64,000 nucleotides of DNA from a bacterium (GCA_963675755.2 CAXXMD010000003.1:3360001-3424000), one strand, 5' to 3'; shown: positions 1 to 10,682, counted from the stretch's first letter. Numbers and translations are program-made. The notes: generated from the letters alone by a model not told the origin.

Positions 1-444
1 CTCCAAGTCAGAGTTTTTGTATCATATTTTAATCATACCCTCCTGGATGCTTGATTTTCTGATCAGGCGGGTATTGTATATATTTTCAATATAGACAAGT
101 TAGTCAGATTATTTTTAAATTACAAGTGATTTGATTGGGGGGAGTGTTGTCTGAATTGGGATTTTTAGGGTGAAAGGATTTTGTGGTTGTAGATCACACT
201 TTGGATCACTCTCCATGAAGAGGGCTATAAGCCCGCTTTCAGCGGACAAACGAAATGAATTTCGTTCAACAGTGGATTGTATGTCTGAATTAAGATTTTT
301 AGGGTTAATAAGATGATAAGATTTGGTTTGATGTTTTCCGTTATCCAATCCAAATAATCTTTTAATCCTTCCATCCTAATTCAGATGGTGAAAACCTGTG
401 CTAAGGTGAAGGTGTCAAATTTAATATAGTATTAAATGATTTGA

Positions 445-1041
445 TCAATATATTGAAAGAATCATTCCAACTTTAATTTTAATTGAAGAGTTTTTATCTA
501 AACTATGTACAGAATAAAATCCTTTTGCTGCATGAGCAATAAATCCAACTGAAAGTCTATTAACTCTCCTTTTCATGGAAACACATATAGAATAGAAAAA
601 ATAATGATCTCTAATTGCATTTACATCATTACTAGCACATATTTCATCTGAATGGCCAATACCTATTTGTGGTAAGAATTCGTAATCTTTAAATATACTC
701 ATGTTTTTACCGATTAATAATTCATTAATATTTACAATATACCAATATTCTCTATTTTGTTTAATAGCCCTATTATCCCAAGTTTTATAAAAAACTTTAT
801 TTACATTATTCTTGGATCTTGTTAATCTAAAATGAATATCAATAAAGTCTATGTGCAAGGGGATTAATATACCACAATAAATCCCATTCATTTTAATATG
901 TTCTATATATTTTGTATCCTCAATAATGTTATTCGGAAGATAATTTAATCCACCTTCAATACTTATAATTTCTTTTGCCTGGATACAATATGGAAAAACT
1001 GAAAACAATGTGATGATTAAAAGAATTTTCTCTGGTTTCAT
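445..1041 (-). CDS. Hypothetical exported protein, possibly a small outer-membrane beta-barrel
   Basis: 198-aa ORF with a signal-peptide-like N-terminus (MKPEKILLIITLFSVFPYCIQA). Ends in alternating hydrophobic residues and a terminal Tyr. Very AT-rich. Confidence 0.55.
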   Translation of the reverse strand: MKPEKILLIITLFSVFPYCIQAKEIISIEGGLNYLPNNIIEDTKYIEHIKMNGIYCGILIPLHIDFIDIHFRLTRSKNNVNKVFYKTWDNRAIKQNREYWYIVNINELLIGKNMSIFKDYEFLPQIGIGHSDEICASNDVNAIRDHYFFYSICVSMKRRVNRLSVGFIAHAAKGFYSVHSLDKNSSIKIKVGMILSIY

Positions 1042-1369
1042 ATTAAATCTCCATTAATAAGAACATATCATATCTATTGCATCATACCGGAATAAATTTA
1101 ATAGAGTATGGAATTTGTGGGTATTATAAACTATCAGAATTTAGATTAGCAGGATTTAAGGATTTTTGCCTTTGCAATCATGCTACCTAATACTATTTTT
1201 TTTGATCGTACACATCATTATTTAGGCGGTGAATTACTTGTATCCCAAGTTTGGGCTCAAAAATCCACAACCTATAACAAATGCCAGTTTCCCCTTAATT
1301 TTTATAAAAATGAATAATTCAATAAACGTATTTTTAAAAGTAAAAACAAGAAGAATTACTATCCCTAAC

Positions 1370-1408
1370 AAAAAATCCCCCACAATCGCATTTGGGTTGT
1401 GGGGGATT
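1370..1408 (-). terminator. Intrinsic terminator after serA
   Basis: AATCCCCCACAATC...GGTTGTGGGGGATT stem with an A-run on the + side (U-tract on -), ~25 nt after the serA stop. Confidence 0.75.
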
Positions 1409-1431
1409 AGAATCATTAAATCTTTATCTGA

Positions 1432-2610
1432 TCAATCATTGCCGCATTTGAGTGCGCGTACCATAATTACACCGTCAATGTCGTTGAGGCGGGTGAGATC
1501 TTCTTCAATCACTTCTTCTTCAACATCGATGATGTTATAGGCAAAGTCGCCCTTGTTGCGGTTGAGCATGTTGGTGATGTTTATATCCTTGTCCGCGAGA
1601 ACGCCGGTGATCTGTCCCACCATTTTGGGGATGTTGCGGTTGATCACAATCAGGCGTGTATGTCCGGAAAAGGGCAGCTCGCAATTGGGGAAATTGACAC
1701 AGTTGACCAGGTTGCCGCATTCCAGATAATTGCGTAATTGTTCCGCGGCCATGGCAGCACAATTGTCTTCAGATTCCGGGGTAGATGCGCCAAGATGGGG
1801 AATGCCAATAACATTTTCCATTTTCAGCAGTTCTTCATCCGGGAAGTCGCTGACGTATGCGGAGACAATACCTGCTTCCAGAGCGTCTTTGAGGTCCTTG
1901 TTGTTCACCAGGCCGCCGCGGGCAAAGTTGAGTATGCGGATACCTTTTTTCATGATCTTGAATTTTTCCGCATTGATCATACCCTTGGTTTCGTCTGTCA
2001 GCGGTGCATGAATGGTGATGTAATCGGATTCTGCCAGTAACTGATCAAGCGATGCCGCTTTTTTGATCTCGCGATCCAGGTCCCATGCATGGTCAACTGA
2101 CAAAAAGGGATCGAATCCCATTACTGTCATACCCAGGGAGCGGGCATCGTTTGCAACCATAACACCAATGGCACCCAGGCCAATAACACCCAGACGTTTG
2201 CCTTTGATCTCGGGACCGGCAAACTGTGATTTGCCTTTTTCAATCAGTTTTGGTACTTCATCGCCTTTACCAATCAGCGTTTTTGCCCATTCAATACCGG
2301 GCAGAATTTTACGGGAGGATAAAAGCATTCCTGTAAGCACCATTTCTTTAACACCATTGGCATTTGCACCGGGTGTGTTGAATACAACAATACCTTTTTC
2401 AGCACATTTTTCCAATGGAATATTGTTAACACCGGCTCCGGCACGGGCAACTGCAAGAAGTGTTGAAGGCAGTTCCATTTCGTGCATGCTGAAACTGCGC
2501 ACAATGATGGCATCCGGTTCATTAATTTCTGAAGATACTTCGTAACAACTTCTCGGTAAAAGCTCAAGGCCTACCGGTGAGATTTTATTCAAGGTTTTGA
2601 CTTTGAACAT
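1432..2610 (-). CDS. serA: D-3-phosphoglycerate dehydrogenase with C-terminal ACT domain
   Basis: ARAGAGVNNI, GVIGLGAIG NAD-binding motif, NFARG, PHLGAST, ACT-like C-terminus; directly follows serC. Confidence 0.95.
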   Translation of the reverse strand: MFKVKTLNKISPVGLELLPRSCYEVSSEINEPDAIIVRSFSMHEMELPSTLLAVARAGAGVNNIPLEKCAEKGIVVFNTPGANANGVKEMVLTGMLLSSRKILPGIEWAKTLIGKGDEVPKLIEKGKSQFAGPEIKGKRLGVIGLGAIGVMVANDARSLGMTVMGFDPFLSVDHAWDLDREIKKAASLDQLLAESDYITIHAPLTDETKGMINAEKFKIMKKGIRILNFARGGLVNNKDLKDALEAGIVSAYVSDFPDEELLKMENVIGIPHLGASTPESEDNCAAMAAEQLRNYLECGNLVNCVNFPNCELPFSGHTRLIVINRNIPKMVGQITGVLADKDINITNMLNRNKGDFAYNIIDVEEEVIEEDLTRLNDIDGVIMVRALKCGND

Positions 2611-2621
2611 GTCCAGTCCTT

Positions 2622-3707
2622 TTATTTATTCTCGGATTCAAATTTTTTCATATAGTCCACCAATTTCTTGACACCCTCCACTGGCATGGCGTTATAGATG
2701 CTGGCACGCATACCGCCAACTGAGCGATGGCCTTTGAGTGTCATTAAACCTTCTGCTGCTGCGCCTTTGATGAATGCAGCGTCCAACTCTTCGGAAGGAG
2801 ATACAAAGGGTACGTTCATCAAAGAACGGTCTTCTTTGCCTACCGTACCTTTAAAGAAAGCGGACTCGTCAAGATAATCATACAGAATGGCTGCTTTTTC
2901 GCGGTTAATTTTTTCAACAGCTTCAATACCGCCCAGTTCTTTAATCCATTCAAAAACCAGTTTACAGATATAGATACTGTAACAGGGTGGGGTGTTGTAA
3001 AGTGATTTTGCATCCACATGGGTTTTGTAATTCAGCATGGTGGGGGTAATGCTCTCGTCCGCGTGGCCTACCAGGTCATCACGAATGATGGTGATTGCAA
3101 CACCGGAAGGACCGGCATTTTTTTGCGCGCCGGCAAAGATGAGGCTGAAATCATTCACATTATAAACCTGGGACAAAAAGTTTGAAGACATGTCTGCAAC
3201 CAGGGGAACGTCACCGGTTTTTGGCAATTCGGAAAAGAGTGTTCCGTAAATGGTATTGTTGGTGACCATATAAAAGTAATCCGCGTCTTTGGTAAAGGTT
3301 GCGGGGTCCAGCTTGGGAATGTAGCTAAAGGTTTTGTCATCAGAAGAAGCAACAACATTGACCTCGCCAAAGCGTTTGGCTTCGGGGATTGCTTTTTTTG
3401 ACCATTGACCGGTATTCACATAATCAGCTTTTTTGCTGTTACGGAACAAGTTCATCGGAACCATTGCAAACTGGGTAGAAGCGCCACCCTGTAAAAACAA
3501 CACATGATAGTTTTCCGGAATATTCATGATTTCACGTAATACGGTTTCTGCTCCAACAATTATATCATTAAATGCACCAGAGCGATGGCTCATCTCCATA
3601 ACGGACATGCCAGTGCCCTTATAATCCAACATTTCTTCTGCTGCTTTTTTAAGAACCGGTTCGGGGAGGGTAGCCGGTCCTGCTGAAAAGTTGTAAACAC
3701 GGCCCAT
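2622..3707 (-). CDS. serC: Phosphoserine aminotransferase
   Basis: YNFSAGPATLP, EMSHRS, FLQGGASTQF, AGAQKN (PLP lysine), GHRSVGGMRASIYNA. Confidence 0.97.
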   Translation of the reverse strand: MGRVYNFSAGPATLPEPVLKKAAEEMLDYKGTGMSVMEMSHRSGAFNDIIVGAETVLREIMNIPENYHVLFLQGGASTQFAMVPMNLFRNSKKADYVNTGQWSKKAIPEAKRFGEVNVVASSDDKTFSYIPKLDPATFTKDADYFYMVTNNTIYGTLFSELPKTGDVPLVADMSSNFLSQVYNVNDFSLIFAGAQKNAGPSGVAITIIRDDLVGHADESITPTMLNYKTHVDAKSLYNTPPCYSIYICKLVFEWIKELGGIEAVEKINREKAAILYDYLDESAFFKGTVGKEDRSLMNVPFVSPSEELDAAFIKGAAAEGLMTLKGHRSVGGMRASIYNAMPVEGVKKLVDYMKKFESENK

Positions 3708-3751
3708 AATAGTCTCCTATCTATTGATCTGTTTATGAAATAAAAAAGGAA

Positions 3752-4375
3752 TTAACGGTTTAATGTACTCAGTGCAATCAATTCATCGAAAGCACCTACC
3801 ACATCAATATTGCTGACGTAAACCGGATAGTCGTATACCTTGAGGTATCCCGGTGTGAAATTGACGATTCCCTGAATGCCGCCCTGCAAGAGTTTATCGG
3901 TCACTTCTTGTGCCGAAGCCACAGGTACGGTTAAAACGGCAAGTTCAATATTTTTCTGTTTTACAATATCTTCTATGGCATGCGAGGGGTAAACATCAAT
4001 ATCGGTTTTAATAGTTTCCAGTACATTGATATTGGAATCAAACCCTGCAACAATTCTATATCCATTTACAATGAAATTGTCAAAGTTCATTATAGCGCTG
4101 CCCAGGCGCCCTAATCCTACTACGCAGGCATGACGTTCATGATCAAATCCCAAATGGGAAGAAATATGGTCTTTTAACCGTTTAACATCATATCCGGAAC
4201 CGGTATTGCCAATTTCTCCAAGATAGCCAATATCCTTGCGGATATTGTGAGAGCCGAGTCCCAACTGCGCGGCGATTTTGGATGATGAAATCGACTGGAT
4301 TCCTTGTTTTTCCAACTCTTCTAAAAACCGGTACAACATGGAAAGACGTGCAACGGCTGGTTTGGGTACTTTCAT
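3752..4375 (-). CDS. rex: Redox-sensing transcriptional repressor Rex
   Basis: RLSMLYR...ISS...IRKDIGYLGEIG..GSGY winged helix, VGLGRLGSA Rossmann fold, GIVNFTP. Confidence 0.93.
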   Translation of the reverse strand: MKVPKPAVARLSMLYRFLEELEKQGIQSISSSKIAAQLGLGSHNIRKDIGYLGEIGNTGSGYDVKRLKDHISSHLGFDHERHACVVGLGRLGSAIMNFDNFIVNGYRIVAGFDSNINVLETIKTDIDVYPSHAIEDIVKQKNIELAVLTVPVASAQEVTDKLLQGGIQGIVNFTPGYLKVYDYPVYVSNIDVVGAFDELIALSTLNR

Positions 4376-4388
4376 AACACTACTATTT

Positions 4389-4406
4389 TTGTGATTTTTT
4401 TCACAG
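4389..4406. promoter_or_regulatory. Rex operator (proximal)
   Basis: TTGTGATTTTTTTCACAG, a near match to the Rex consensus TTGTGAA-N4-TTCACAA, 13 nt upstream of the rex start. Confidence 0.75.
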
Positions 4407-4481
4407 AAAATATAATTATTTCTATAATTGTAGTCAATGCTTTTTTGGTATCATTGGAAAATAGATGCCAATATTTCTTGT

Positions 4482-4499
4482 TTGTGAAATTTTTCACAA
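4482..4499. promoter_or_regulatory. Rex operator (distal)
   Basis: TTGTGAAATTTTTCACAA, an exact Rex consensus in the rex/polA intergenic region. Confidence 0.85.
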
Positions 4500-4647
4500 A
4501 TGGTTGTATTTGTAGTAAAAGTTTAGTACTTGGTAGAATGTGCTGAAATAAAAAAGTATCTAGATCGTTGTAAATCCCGGTTGCATGGTTGTATATTTTT
4601 GTTTAAATTACATTTTAACAATGCATTAAAAAGAACAGGTTTCCCAA

Positions 4648-7356
4648 ATGGCAAAAGCGAACAGTACTCCCCGAATGTTTCTCATCGATGGTATGGCACT
4701 GGCATACCGAACCTATTTTGCGTTTATTCGCAATCCCTTGATCAACACGAGAGGGGAGAATGTTAGCGCTGTTTTTGGATTCACAAATATTCTTTTAAAT
4801 ATTTTAGATACTGAAAAGCCTGATTACTTTGCCGTAGTCTTTGATACCAAAGAACCTACATTCAGACACAAATTGTACCCCGAATATAAAGCACAGCGCG
4901 CTGAAATGCCGCAGGATATGATAGACCAGTTACCCCGGTTGCAGGAAGTGCTTGACGTGCTCAATATTCCATCTATCTCTATGGATGGTTATGAAGCGGA
5001 TGATATTATTGCAACTTTAGCTAAAAAAGCTGAAAAGAAAAAGATCCATTCTGTTTTGGTAACAGGTGATAAAGATTTTATGCAGCTTGTTACACCATTA
5101 ACCATCATCCTGAACCCCAAGCGCTCGGGCCAGGAACCCGAGTGGCTGGATGCCAAAGCCGTGGAAAAAAAGATTGGTCTGCCGCCTGAACGGATTGTGG
5201 ATTATTTATCTCTCATTGGAGACACATCAGATAATGTACCGGGCGTTTCAGGTATTGGTCCCAAGACTGCAGTTAGTTTGCTGCAGGAATTTGGATCACT
5301 TGATAATTTATTAAAAAATATTGACAACATATCAAGCAAGCGTGCCCGTACCAGTCTGGAAGGTAATGAAGACAAGGCTGAGTTGGCCCGCAAGTTGATA
5401 ACTATTGATACTAATGTTCCGGTTGATACCAATCCTGAAGATTTGATTGTAAAAGAAGCAGACTCGAAAAAAGCGGTCGAGTTTTTTACACGCATGGAAT
5501 TTAAAACGCTGACCAACCGGTTTGCCGAAGAAACCAAAAAAGTAGAACAATATTACCAGATTGTTGATACAACCGAGTTGTTTGATGAAATGCTTAAAGA
5601 ACTCAATGTCTGCAAAGATTTTGCCTTTGATACCGAAACTACAGACGTTGATCCTATTCGTGCGGAACTGGTGGGTATTTCCATCTGTATGAAACCGGGA
5701 ACAGCATATTACATCCCTGTTATGGGACCCAATGATCTGGCTGGTCAGGTTAAGGTGCTGGATCTTGCCGATGTAAGGAAAAAGCTGGCACCTGCTTTTG
5801 AGGATGGAAAGAAATCCAAATGTGCGCATAATGCAAAATATGATCTATTGGTGCTTGAACGGCATGGTTTTAGCATACATGGATTTATATTTGATACAAT
5901 GGTGGCCAGTTACCTGCTGGATCCGTCATTGCGTCAACATAATTTAGACGCGCTCAGTCTAACGCATTTGAATATTAAAAAGATTCCTACAACAGATATT
6001 ATTGGCTCCGGTAAATCGCAGACTACTATGGACAAGGTACCGGTAGCAACCGTAGGGCATTACGCCTGCGAAGACGCGGATGTAACCCTGCGATTGAAAA
6101 ATCTATTTGAAAAGCAGCTGGTTGAACACAACCTGATGGATCTGTTTCGCGATTTGGAGATGCCGTTATTATATGTATTAAAAACTGTTGAAAGCAACGG
6201 TGTAGCGCTTGACAAGCAGTATCTGAACCGGATGTCTGTAGAGCTTGAAAAAGAACTGGCAGGCCTTGAACAAAAAATTTATGAAATTGCCGGCGGTTCT
6301 TTTAATATACAATCACCCAAGCAATTGGGTGTGGTGTTGTTTGAAAAATTGAAATTGCCACCATCCCGTAAAACAAAAACCGGCTACTCTACGGATGTTT
6401 CTGTGCTCGAGTCACTGGCAGAGCAGCATGAACTGCCCAAATTGATATTGGATTTCAGGCAGTTGGCAAAGCTCAAATCCACATATGTGGATACGCTGCC
6501 CAGGTTGGTCAATCCGAAAACCGGCAGGGTGCATACGTCGTACAATCAGACAGTTGCAGCTACGGGACGTTTGTCATCAAGCGACCCGAATCTGCAAAAC
6601 ATACCTATCCGTACAGAGATTGGCAGAAAAATCCGCAGGGCGTTTGTAACACGTGATGATGATCATGTATTGCTGGATGCGGATTATTCACAAATTGAGC
6701 TTCGGGTCATGGCGCATTTGTCTGGTGATGAAACTTTGAAATCTTCGTTTGTGAATGATGAAGATGTGCACCGACGAACAGCCGCACTGGTATTTCATGT
6801 TGAACCGGAAGAGGTCACCGATGATCAACGGCGCAAAGCCAAAGAAGTCAATTTTGGAATTATGTATGGTATGGGAATATATGGTTTGTCGCAGCGTTTG
6901 AATATTAGTACTGAAGAAGCAGACCAGTTTATAAAAACCTATTTTGCCAGCTATCCCGGTGTTCAGGATTTTACAATGAACATTATTGATAAAGCCCGTA
7001 AAGACGGATTTGTTACTACATTGATGAATCGGCGCCGGTATTTGCCCGAGATACATAGTGACAATCGCAGAGTCCGAGAGTTTGCGGAACGTACAGCAAT
7101 CAATACACCTATTCAGGGTACAGCCGCTGATTTGATAAAACTGGCAATGTTGAATATACAAAAGCGGTTGGAAAAGGAAAAATTAGGTTCAACTATGATC
7201 ATGCAGGTACATGACGAGCTTGTTTTCGAAGTTCCCAAGAAGGAGCTGGATTATATGAAAAAGCTGGTAAGGGATGAAATGGAAAATGCCATGAAACTGG
7301 ATGTACCTGTCAAAGTTGATATGGATACCGGTGATAACTGGTTTGACGCACATTAG
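4648..7356 (+). CDS. polA: DNA polymerase I
   Basis: 5'-3' exonuclease (LIDG..LAYR, YEADD), 3'-5' exonuclease (FDTET), polymerase motifs TGRLSSSDPNLQNIP, DYSQIELR, QVHDEL. Confidence 0.98.
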   Translation: MAKANSTPRMFLIDGMALAYRTYFAFIRNPLINTRGENVSAVFGFTNILLNILDTEKPDYFAVVFDTKEPTFRHKLYPEYKAQRAEMPQDMIDQLPRLQEVLDVLNIPSISMDGYEADDIIATLAKKAEKKKIHSVLVTGDKDFMQLVTPLTIILNPKRSGQEPEWLDAKAVEKKIGLPPERIVDYLSLIGDTSDNVPGVSGIGPKTAVSLLQEFGSLDNLLKNIDNISSKRARTSLEGNEDKAELARKLITIDTNVPVDTNPEDLIVKEADSKKAVEFFTRMEFKTLTNRFAEETKKVEQYYQIVDTTELFDEMLKELNVCKDFAFDTETTDVDPIRAELVGISICMKPGTAYYIPVMGPNDLAGQVKVLDLADVRKKLAPAFEDGKKSKCAHNAKYDLLVLERHGFSIHGFIFDTMVASYLLDPSLRQHNLDALSLTHLNIKKIPTTDIIGSGKSQTTMDKVPVATVGHYACEDADVTLRLKNLFEKQLVEHNLMDLFRDLEMPLLYVLKTVESNGVALDKQYLNRMSVELEKELAGLEQKIYEIAGGSFNIQSPKQLGVVLFEKLKLPPSRKTKTGYSTDVSVLESLAEQHELPKLILDFRQLAKLKSTYVDTLPRLVNPKTGRVHTSYNQTVAATGRLSSSDPNLQNIPIRTEIGRKIRRAFVTRDDDHVLLDADYSQIELRVMAHLSGDETLKSSFVNDEDVHRRTAALVFHVEPEEVTDDQRRKAKEVNFGIMYGMGIYGLSQRLNISTEEADQFIKTYFASYPGVQDFTMNIIDKARKDGFVTTLMNRRRYLPEIHSDNRRVREFAERTAINTPIQGTAADLIKLAMLNIQKRLEKEKLGSTMIMQVHDELVFEVPKKELDYMKKLVRDEMENAMKLDVPVKVDMDTGDNWFDAH

Positions 7357-7395
7357 AACAGCAGGAAATAACTGAAAAAGAAGAGATGATAATAA

Positions 7396-7809
7396 ATGGA
7401 ATCCTCTATCAGTTTACATATTACCAGTGATCCATCACTACTTAGCTCAATGCGAACAGTTTTGTACAAGATTTGTGAAACTGCAGGATATTCGGTAAGT
7501 GAGATCAATAAAATAGTGCTTGCTGTTGATGAAGCTTGTGCAAATGTCATAAAACATGCTTATAAAAATGAACGAGAGCAGCCCATAACCATTAATTGCA
7601 GTGTTGGTAATGGATTGCTTGAAATAGAAATTCTAGATAACGGCGAACCTGTAGACGTTAAAAAAATCAAATCGCGCGAACTGGATGAAATTCGTCCCGG
7701 TGGTTTGGGTGTATACCTCATGAAATCCGTGATGGATACGGTCACTTATAACGGTTCAAAGCAGGGCAATTCGTTATATATGTCAAAACAATTACCCAAA
7801 AAAGGATGA
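7396..7809 (+). CDS. RsbW/SpoIIAB-like anti-sigma Ser kinase (HATPase_c_2)
   Basis: AVDEACANVIKHAY N-box, DNG, GGLGVYLM.SVMD; adjacent to a STAS gene. Confidence 0.88.
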   Translation: MESSISLHITSDPSLLSSMRTVLYKICETAGYSVSEINKIVLAVDEACANVIKHAYKNEREQPITINCSVGNGLLEIEILDNGEPVDVKKIKSRELDEIRPGGLGVYLMKSVMDTVTYNGSKQGNSLYMSKQLPKKG

Positions 7810-7813
7810 CCCC

Positions 7814-8158
7814 GTGAGTTTGGAAATTCGTACTGAAAAAAATGATCAATCAGTTTTACTGCACATCAAAGGAGAAGTGGACCTGTACTCATCTCCCCAG
7901 TTGCGTAAGGAAATGATGGAACAGATCAAAAAAAAGGCACCTCTCATCCTGATCAATTTAGAGGGCGTGCGATATATGGATAGTTCCGGTGTGGCCACAC
8001 TGATTGAAGGACTGCAGCATTGCAAAAAGTATAAAGGACGATTTGCTTTGTTTGGTCTGCAGGAAAATGTCAAAGAGGTCTTTGCGCTGACCCGGCTGGA
8101 CAAGATTTTTGAAATACACAAAGACCGTGCAAGTGCAACAAATCCGTCTGCCGTATGA
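7814..8158 (+). CDS. STAS-domain protein (RsbV/SpoIIAA-like; possibly MlaB-like)
   Basis: GEVDLYSSPQLR, YMDSSGVATL (phospho-Ser motif), FALTRLDKIF; GTG start. Confidence 0.9.
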   Translation: MSLEIRTEKNDQSVLLHIKGEVDLYSSPQLRKEMMEQIKKKAPLILINLEGVRYMDSSGVATLIEGLQHCKKYKGRFALFGLQENVKEVFALTRLDKIFEIHKDRASATNPSAV

Positions 8159-8958
8159 GCGCATTGCATAAAACATTGGCGCAAGCCGGACAAGGTTTTG
8201 TTGAATTTCTGGTACATTTGACTCGTATCACCAAGCTGAGTGGACAGGCATTGTTCTGGATTTTTGTGGCGCCATTTACCGGAAGAAAAATTCGCTGGCA
8301 TTTGACATTTGTACAAATGGTAAAAATTGGTGTCAATTCTGTACCTATTGTTAATATCATCGCGTTCAGCGTGGGATTAATCATTGCCATGCAATCCGCT
8401 TATCAGCTTGCCAGGTTTGGCGCTACTATTTTTGTTGCGGATCTTGTGGGTGTTTCCATGACGCGTGAATTGGGCCCCCTGATTACGGCTATAGTTATTG
8501 CCGGAAGAAGCGGCTCTGCTATTGCAGCCGAGTTGGGAACAATGAAAGTTGCTGAAGAAATTGACGCCTTGAAGACTATGGCGCTTGATCCTATTGGTTA
8601 TTTGGTGGTTCCCAGAACTCTTGCTATGCTTATTGTTTTGCCCTGTCTTACAGTGCTTGCTGATTTTGTAGGCATTGCCGGTGGTTTTGTGCTGGCTGTA
8701 GTGAATTTAAAACTGCCATTTATTGCCTATTTTAATCAAACGGCTGATGCTATTATGTTCAAAGATTTTCTGACCGGGCTGATCAAGAGTGGATTCTTTG
8801 CATTGATTATAGCCCAGATCGGTGCATACCAGGGATTCAGCGTTTCCGGTGGTGCTGAAGGTGTGGGCAAGTCTACAACTGCATCAGTGGTAACATCAAT
8901 TTTTATGATTATTTTTGCTGATTTATTGTTTACAATGCTGTTTTATTCAACGTTATAG
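8155..8958 (+). CDS. mlaE: MlaE-family ABC permease
   Basis: RELGPLITAIVIAGRSGSAIAAELGTMKVAEEIDAL, GGAEGVGKSTT; ATGA overlap with the STAS gene. Confidence 0.92.
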   Translation: MSALHKTLAQAGQGFVEFLVHLTRITKLSGQALFWIFVAPFTGRKIRWHLTFVQMVKIGVNSVPIVNIIAFSVGLIIAMQSAYQLARFGATIFVADLVGVSMTRELGPLITAIVIAGRSGSAIAAELGTMKVAEEIDALKTMALDPIGYLVVPRTLAMLIVLPCLTVLADFVGIAGGFVLAVVNLKLPFIAYFNQTADAIMFKDFLTGLIKSGFFALIIAQIGAYQGFSVSGGAEGVGKSTTASVVTSIFMIIFADLLFTMLFYSTL

Positions 8959-8965
8959 AGAGTTT

Positions 8966-9760
8966 ATGTCTGAAAACGGACCTATTATTCAAATTCGTGA
9001 TTTGCATACCCGTTATGGAAAACGGGAGATACTTAAAGGAATCAATCTCGATATTTATCCGTTCGAAACCCTTGTGATTTTGGGACGTTCCGGCTGCGGC
9101 AAGAGTACTTTGCTCAGGCACCTGATTGGTCTTCAAAAGCCATCTCAGGGCGAGATTCTGATTAAGGGTAAAGATTTTGTTAAAGCCTCTGAAAAAGATA
9201 GAAATGAGATTTTAAAAAAAATCGGTATGCTTTTCCAGAGTTCAGCACTGTTTAATTCAATGACAGTGGGTGAGAATGTAGCATTACCCTTGCGAGAACA
9301 TACTCCGCAGAATGATTCTACCATCAAGATTATGACACGAATCAAACTGGGGCTGGTTGGTCTTGCAGGCTTTGAAGACTTTATGCCATCGCAGTTGTCT
9401 GGTGGTATGAAAAAACGTGCCGCATTGGCACGTGCACTGGCAATGGACCCGGATCTTTTGTTTTGTGATGAACCTTCGGCCGGGTTGGATCCCATTGTTG
9501 CTGTGGGGATTGATCATTTGATTTTAAAGCTCAAAGATGCTTTTAAAATGACCATTGTAGTGGTAACACATGAGCTGGAATCTGTTTTTATGATTGCGGA
9601 CCGCATTGCTTTGTTGCATGAGGGCCAGGTGATTTTTCAGGGTACTAGAGACGAGATGAGGGCTTGTACTGACCCTATCGTTAAACAATTCCTTGATCGT
9701 CAACCTGACAGTGAAGATGTTGATAAAGACCAGTATTTGGAATCTCTTGTAGGAAATTAA
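8966..9760 (+). CDS. mlaF: MlaF-family ABC ATPase
   Basis: GRSGCGKS Walker A, LSGGMKKRAALARA, CDEPSAGLDP. Start reassigned to ATG 8966 (MSENG). Confidence 0.9.
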   Translation: MSENGPIIQIRDLHTRYGKREILKGINLDIYPFETLVILGRSGCGKSTLLRHLIGLQKPSQGEILIKGKDFVKASEKDRNEILKKIGMLFQSSALFNSMTVGENVALPLREHTPQNDSTIKIMTRIKLGLVGLAGFEDFMPSQLSGGMKKRAALARALAMDPDLLFCDEPSAGLDPIVAVGIDHLILKLKDAFKMTIVVVTHELESVFMIADRIALLHEGQVIFQGTRDEMRACTDPIVKQFLDRQPDSEDVDKDQYLESLVGN

Positions 9761-9782
9761 AAATTTAAGGTGTTCAGGAAAT

Positions 9783-10682
9783 ATGGAATACAAATCAAGT
9801 GAAATTAAAGCTGGTATATTTATTCTGTTTAGTATAGTTGCTTTTGTAGGTTTTCTGGTGATTATACTGGGTTTGAATAATATACAGGAAAAAGAAATAT
9901 ATCGGGTACGATTCAATTATGTCGGTGGAATTGAAAAAGGTTCTACCGTAAGATACGCCGGTATGGAAGTAGGTCAGATTGTGGATATTTATCTGCCCAA
10001 AGATGACTATCCCGGAGTCGAATTGAAAATGGAAGTGCTCAAAGATACTCCCATCCATGAAGATAGTCACGCGTTTATGACAACAATAGGTCTCATGGGC
10101 TCGTTTTATATCGAGATTACTGCGGGCTCTCCGGATTCTCCCTTGCTGCCTGAAGGTGCGCTGGTCAAGTCTCAAAACGTGACAGGTTTTGCTCAGATGT
10201 CAAATTCTGCAACAAAGGTTACAGAAGAACTATATATACTCTTGCAGCATATGAATGAAGTGATGAGCATGGAGAATAGAGAAAATCTGGGTAAAATGCT
10301 TACAGCAATGACCGAAATTTCTGAAACCGCAAACCATGAGATGCAGGATATGCTGGCAAGTATGCGCATTCTTTCAGAGAATATGAATAAAACAGTAAAT
10401 ACAGTCAATTCTTTACTTGCTCAAAATGACAGTACAATAGCCAACAGCCTAAAGGGTGTTGAAGCTCTTGTTGAAAACAGCACAAATACTGTAAATCAGT
10501 TAAGCACTGTCTTGCAAGAGATGGAATATAATATATCCAACAATCAGGACAACTATTCCGAATTGATGAGCAGTATGAATGTGCTCGTAAGAAATTTGGA
10601 AGAATTTAGTCAAAAGATTAAAGATCAGCCCTGGCAAATGGTTCGTAAAGAAATACCAAGAGAACGTCAACTGGCTGAATAA
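9783..10682 (+). CDS. mlaD: MCE/MlaD-family protein with long helical C-terminus
   Basis: N-terminal TM, GSTVRYAGMEVGQI, GLMGSFYIEITAG, followed by a coiled-coil-like region. Confidence 0.88.
   Translation: MEYKSSEIKAGIFILFSIVAFVGFLVIILGLNNIQEKEIYRVRFNYVGGIEKGSTVRYAGMEVGQIVDIYLPKDDYPGVELKMEVLKDTPIHEDSHAFMTTIGLMGSFYIEITAGSPDSPLLPEGALVKSQNVTGFAQMSNSATKVTEELYILLQHMNEVMSMENRENLGKMLTAMTEISETANHEMQDMLASMRILSENMNKTVNTVNSLLAQNDSTIANSLKGVEALVENSTNTVNQLSTVLQEMEYNISNNQDNYSELMSSMNVLVRNLEEFSQKIKDQPWQMVRKEIPRERQLAE

Noticed and set aside
1-45. GGAGG-ATG on the minus strand reading MIKI-stop-YKNSDLE, vaguely like a toxin N-terminus or TGA readthrough
   Set aside because: Too short and at the window edge. 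Many bona fide genes here end in TGA, so there is no support for recoding.
115-348. Short ORF 115-348 and the many antisense or alternate-frame ORFs inside long genes
   Set aside because: No motifs or RBS; they are shadows of well-supported genes or chance frames.
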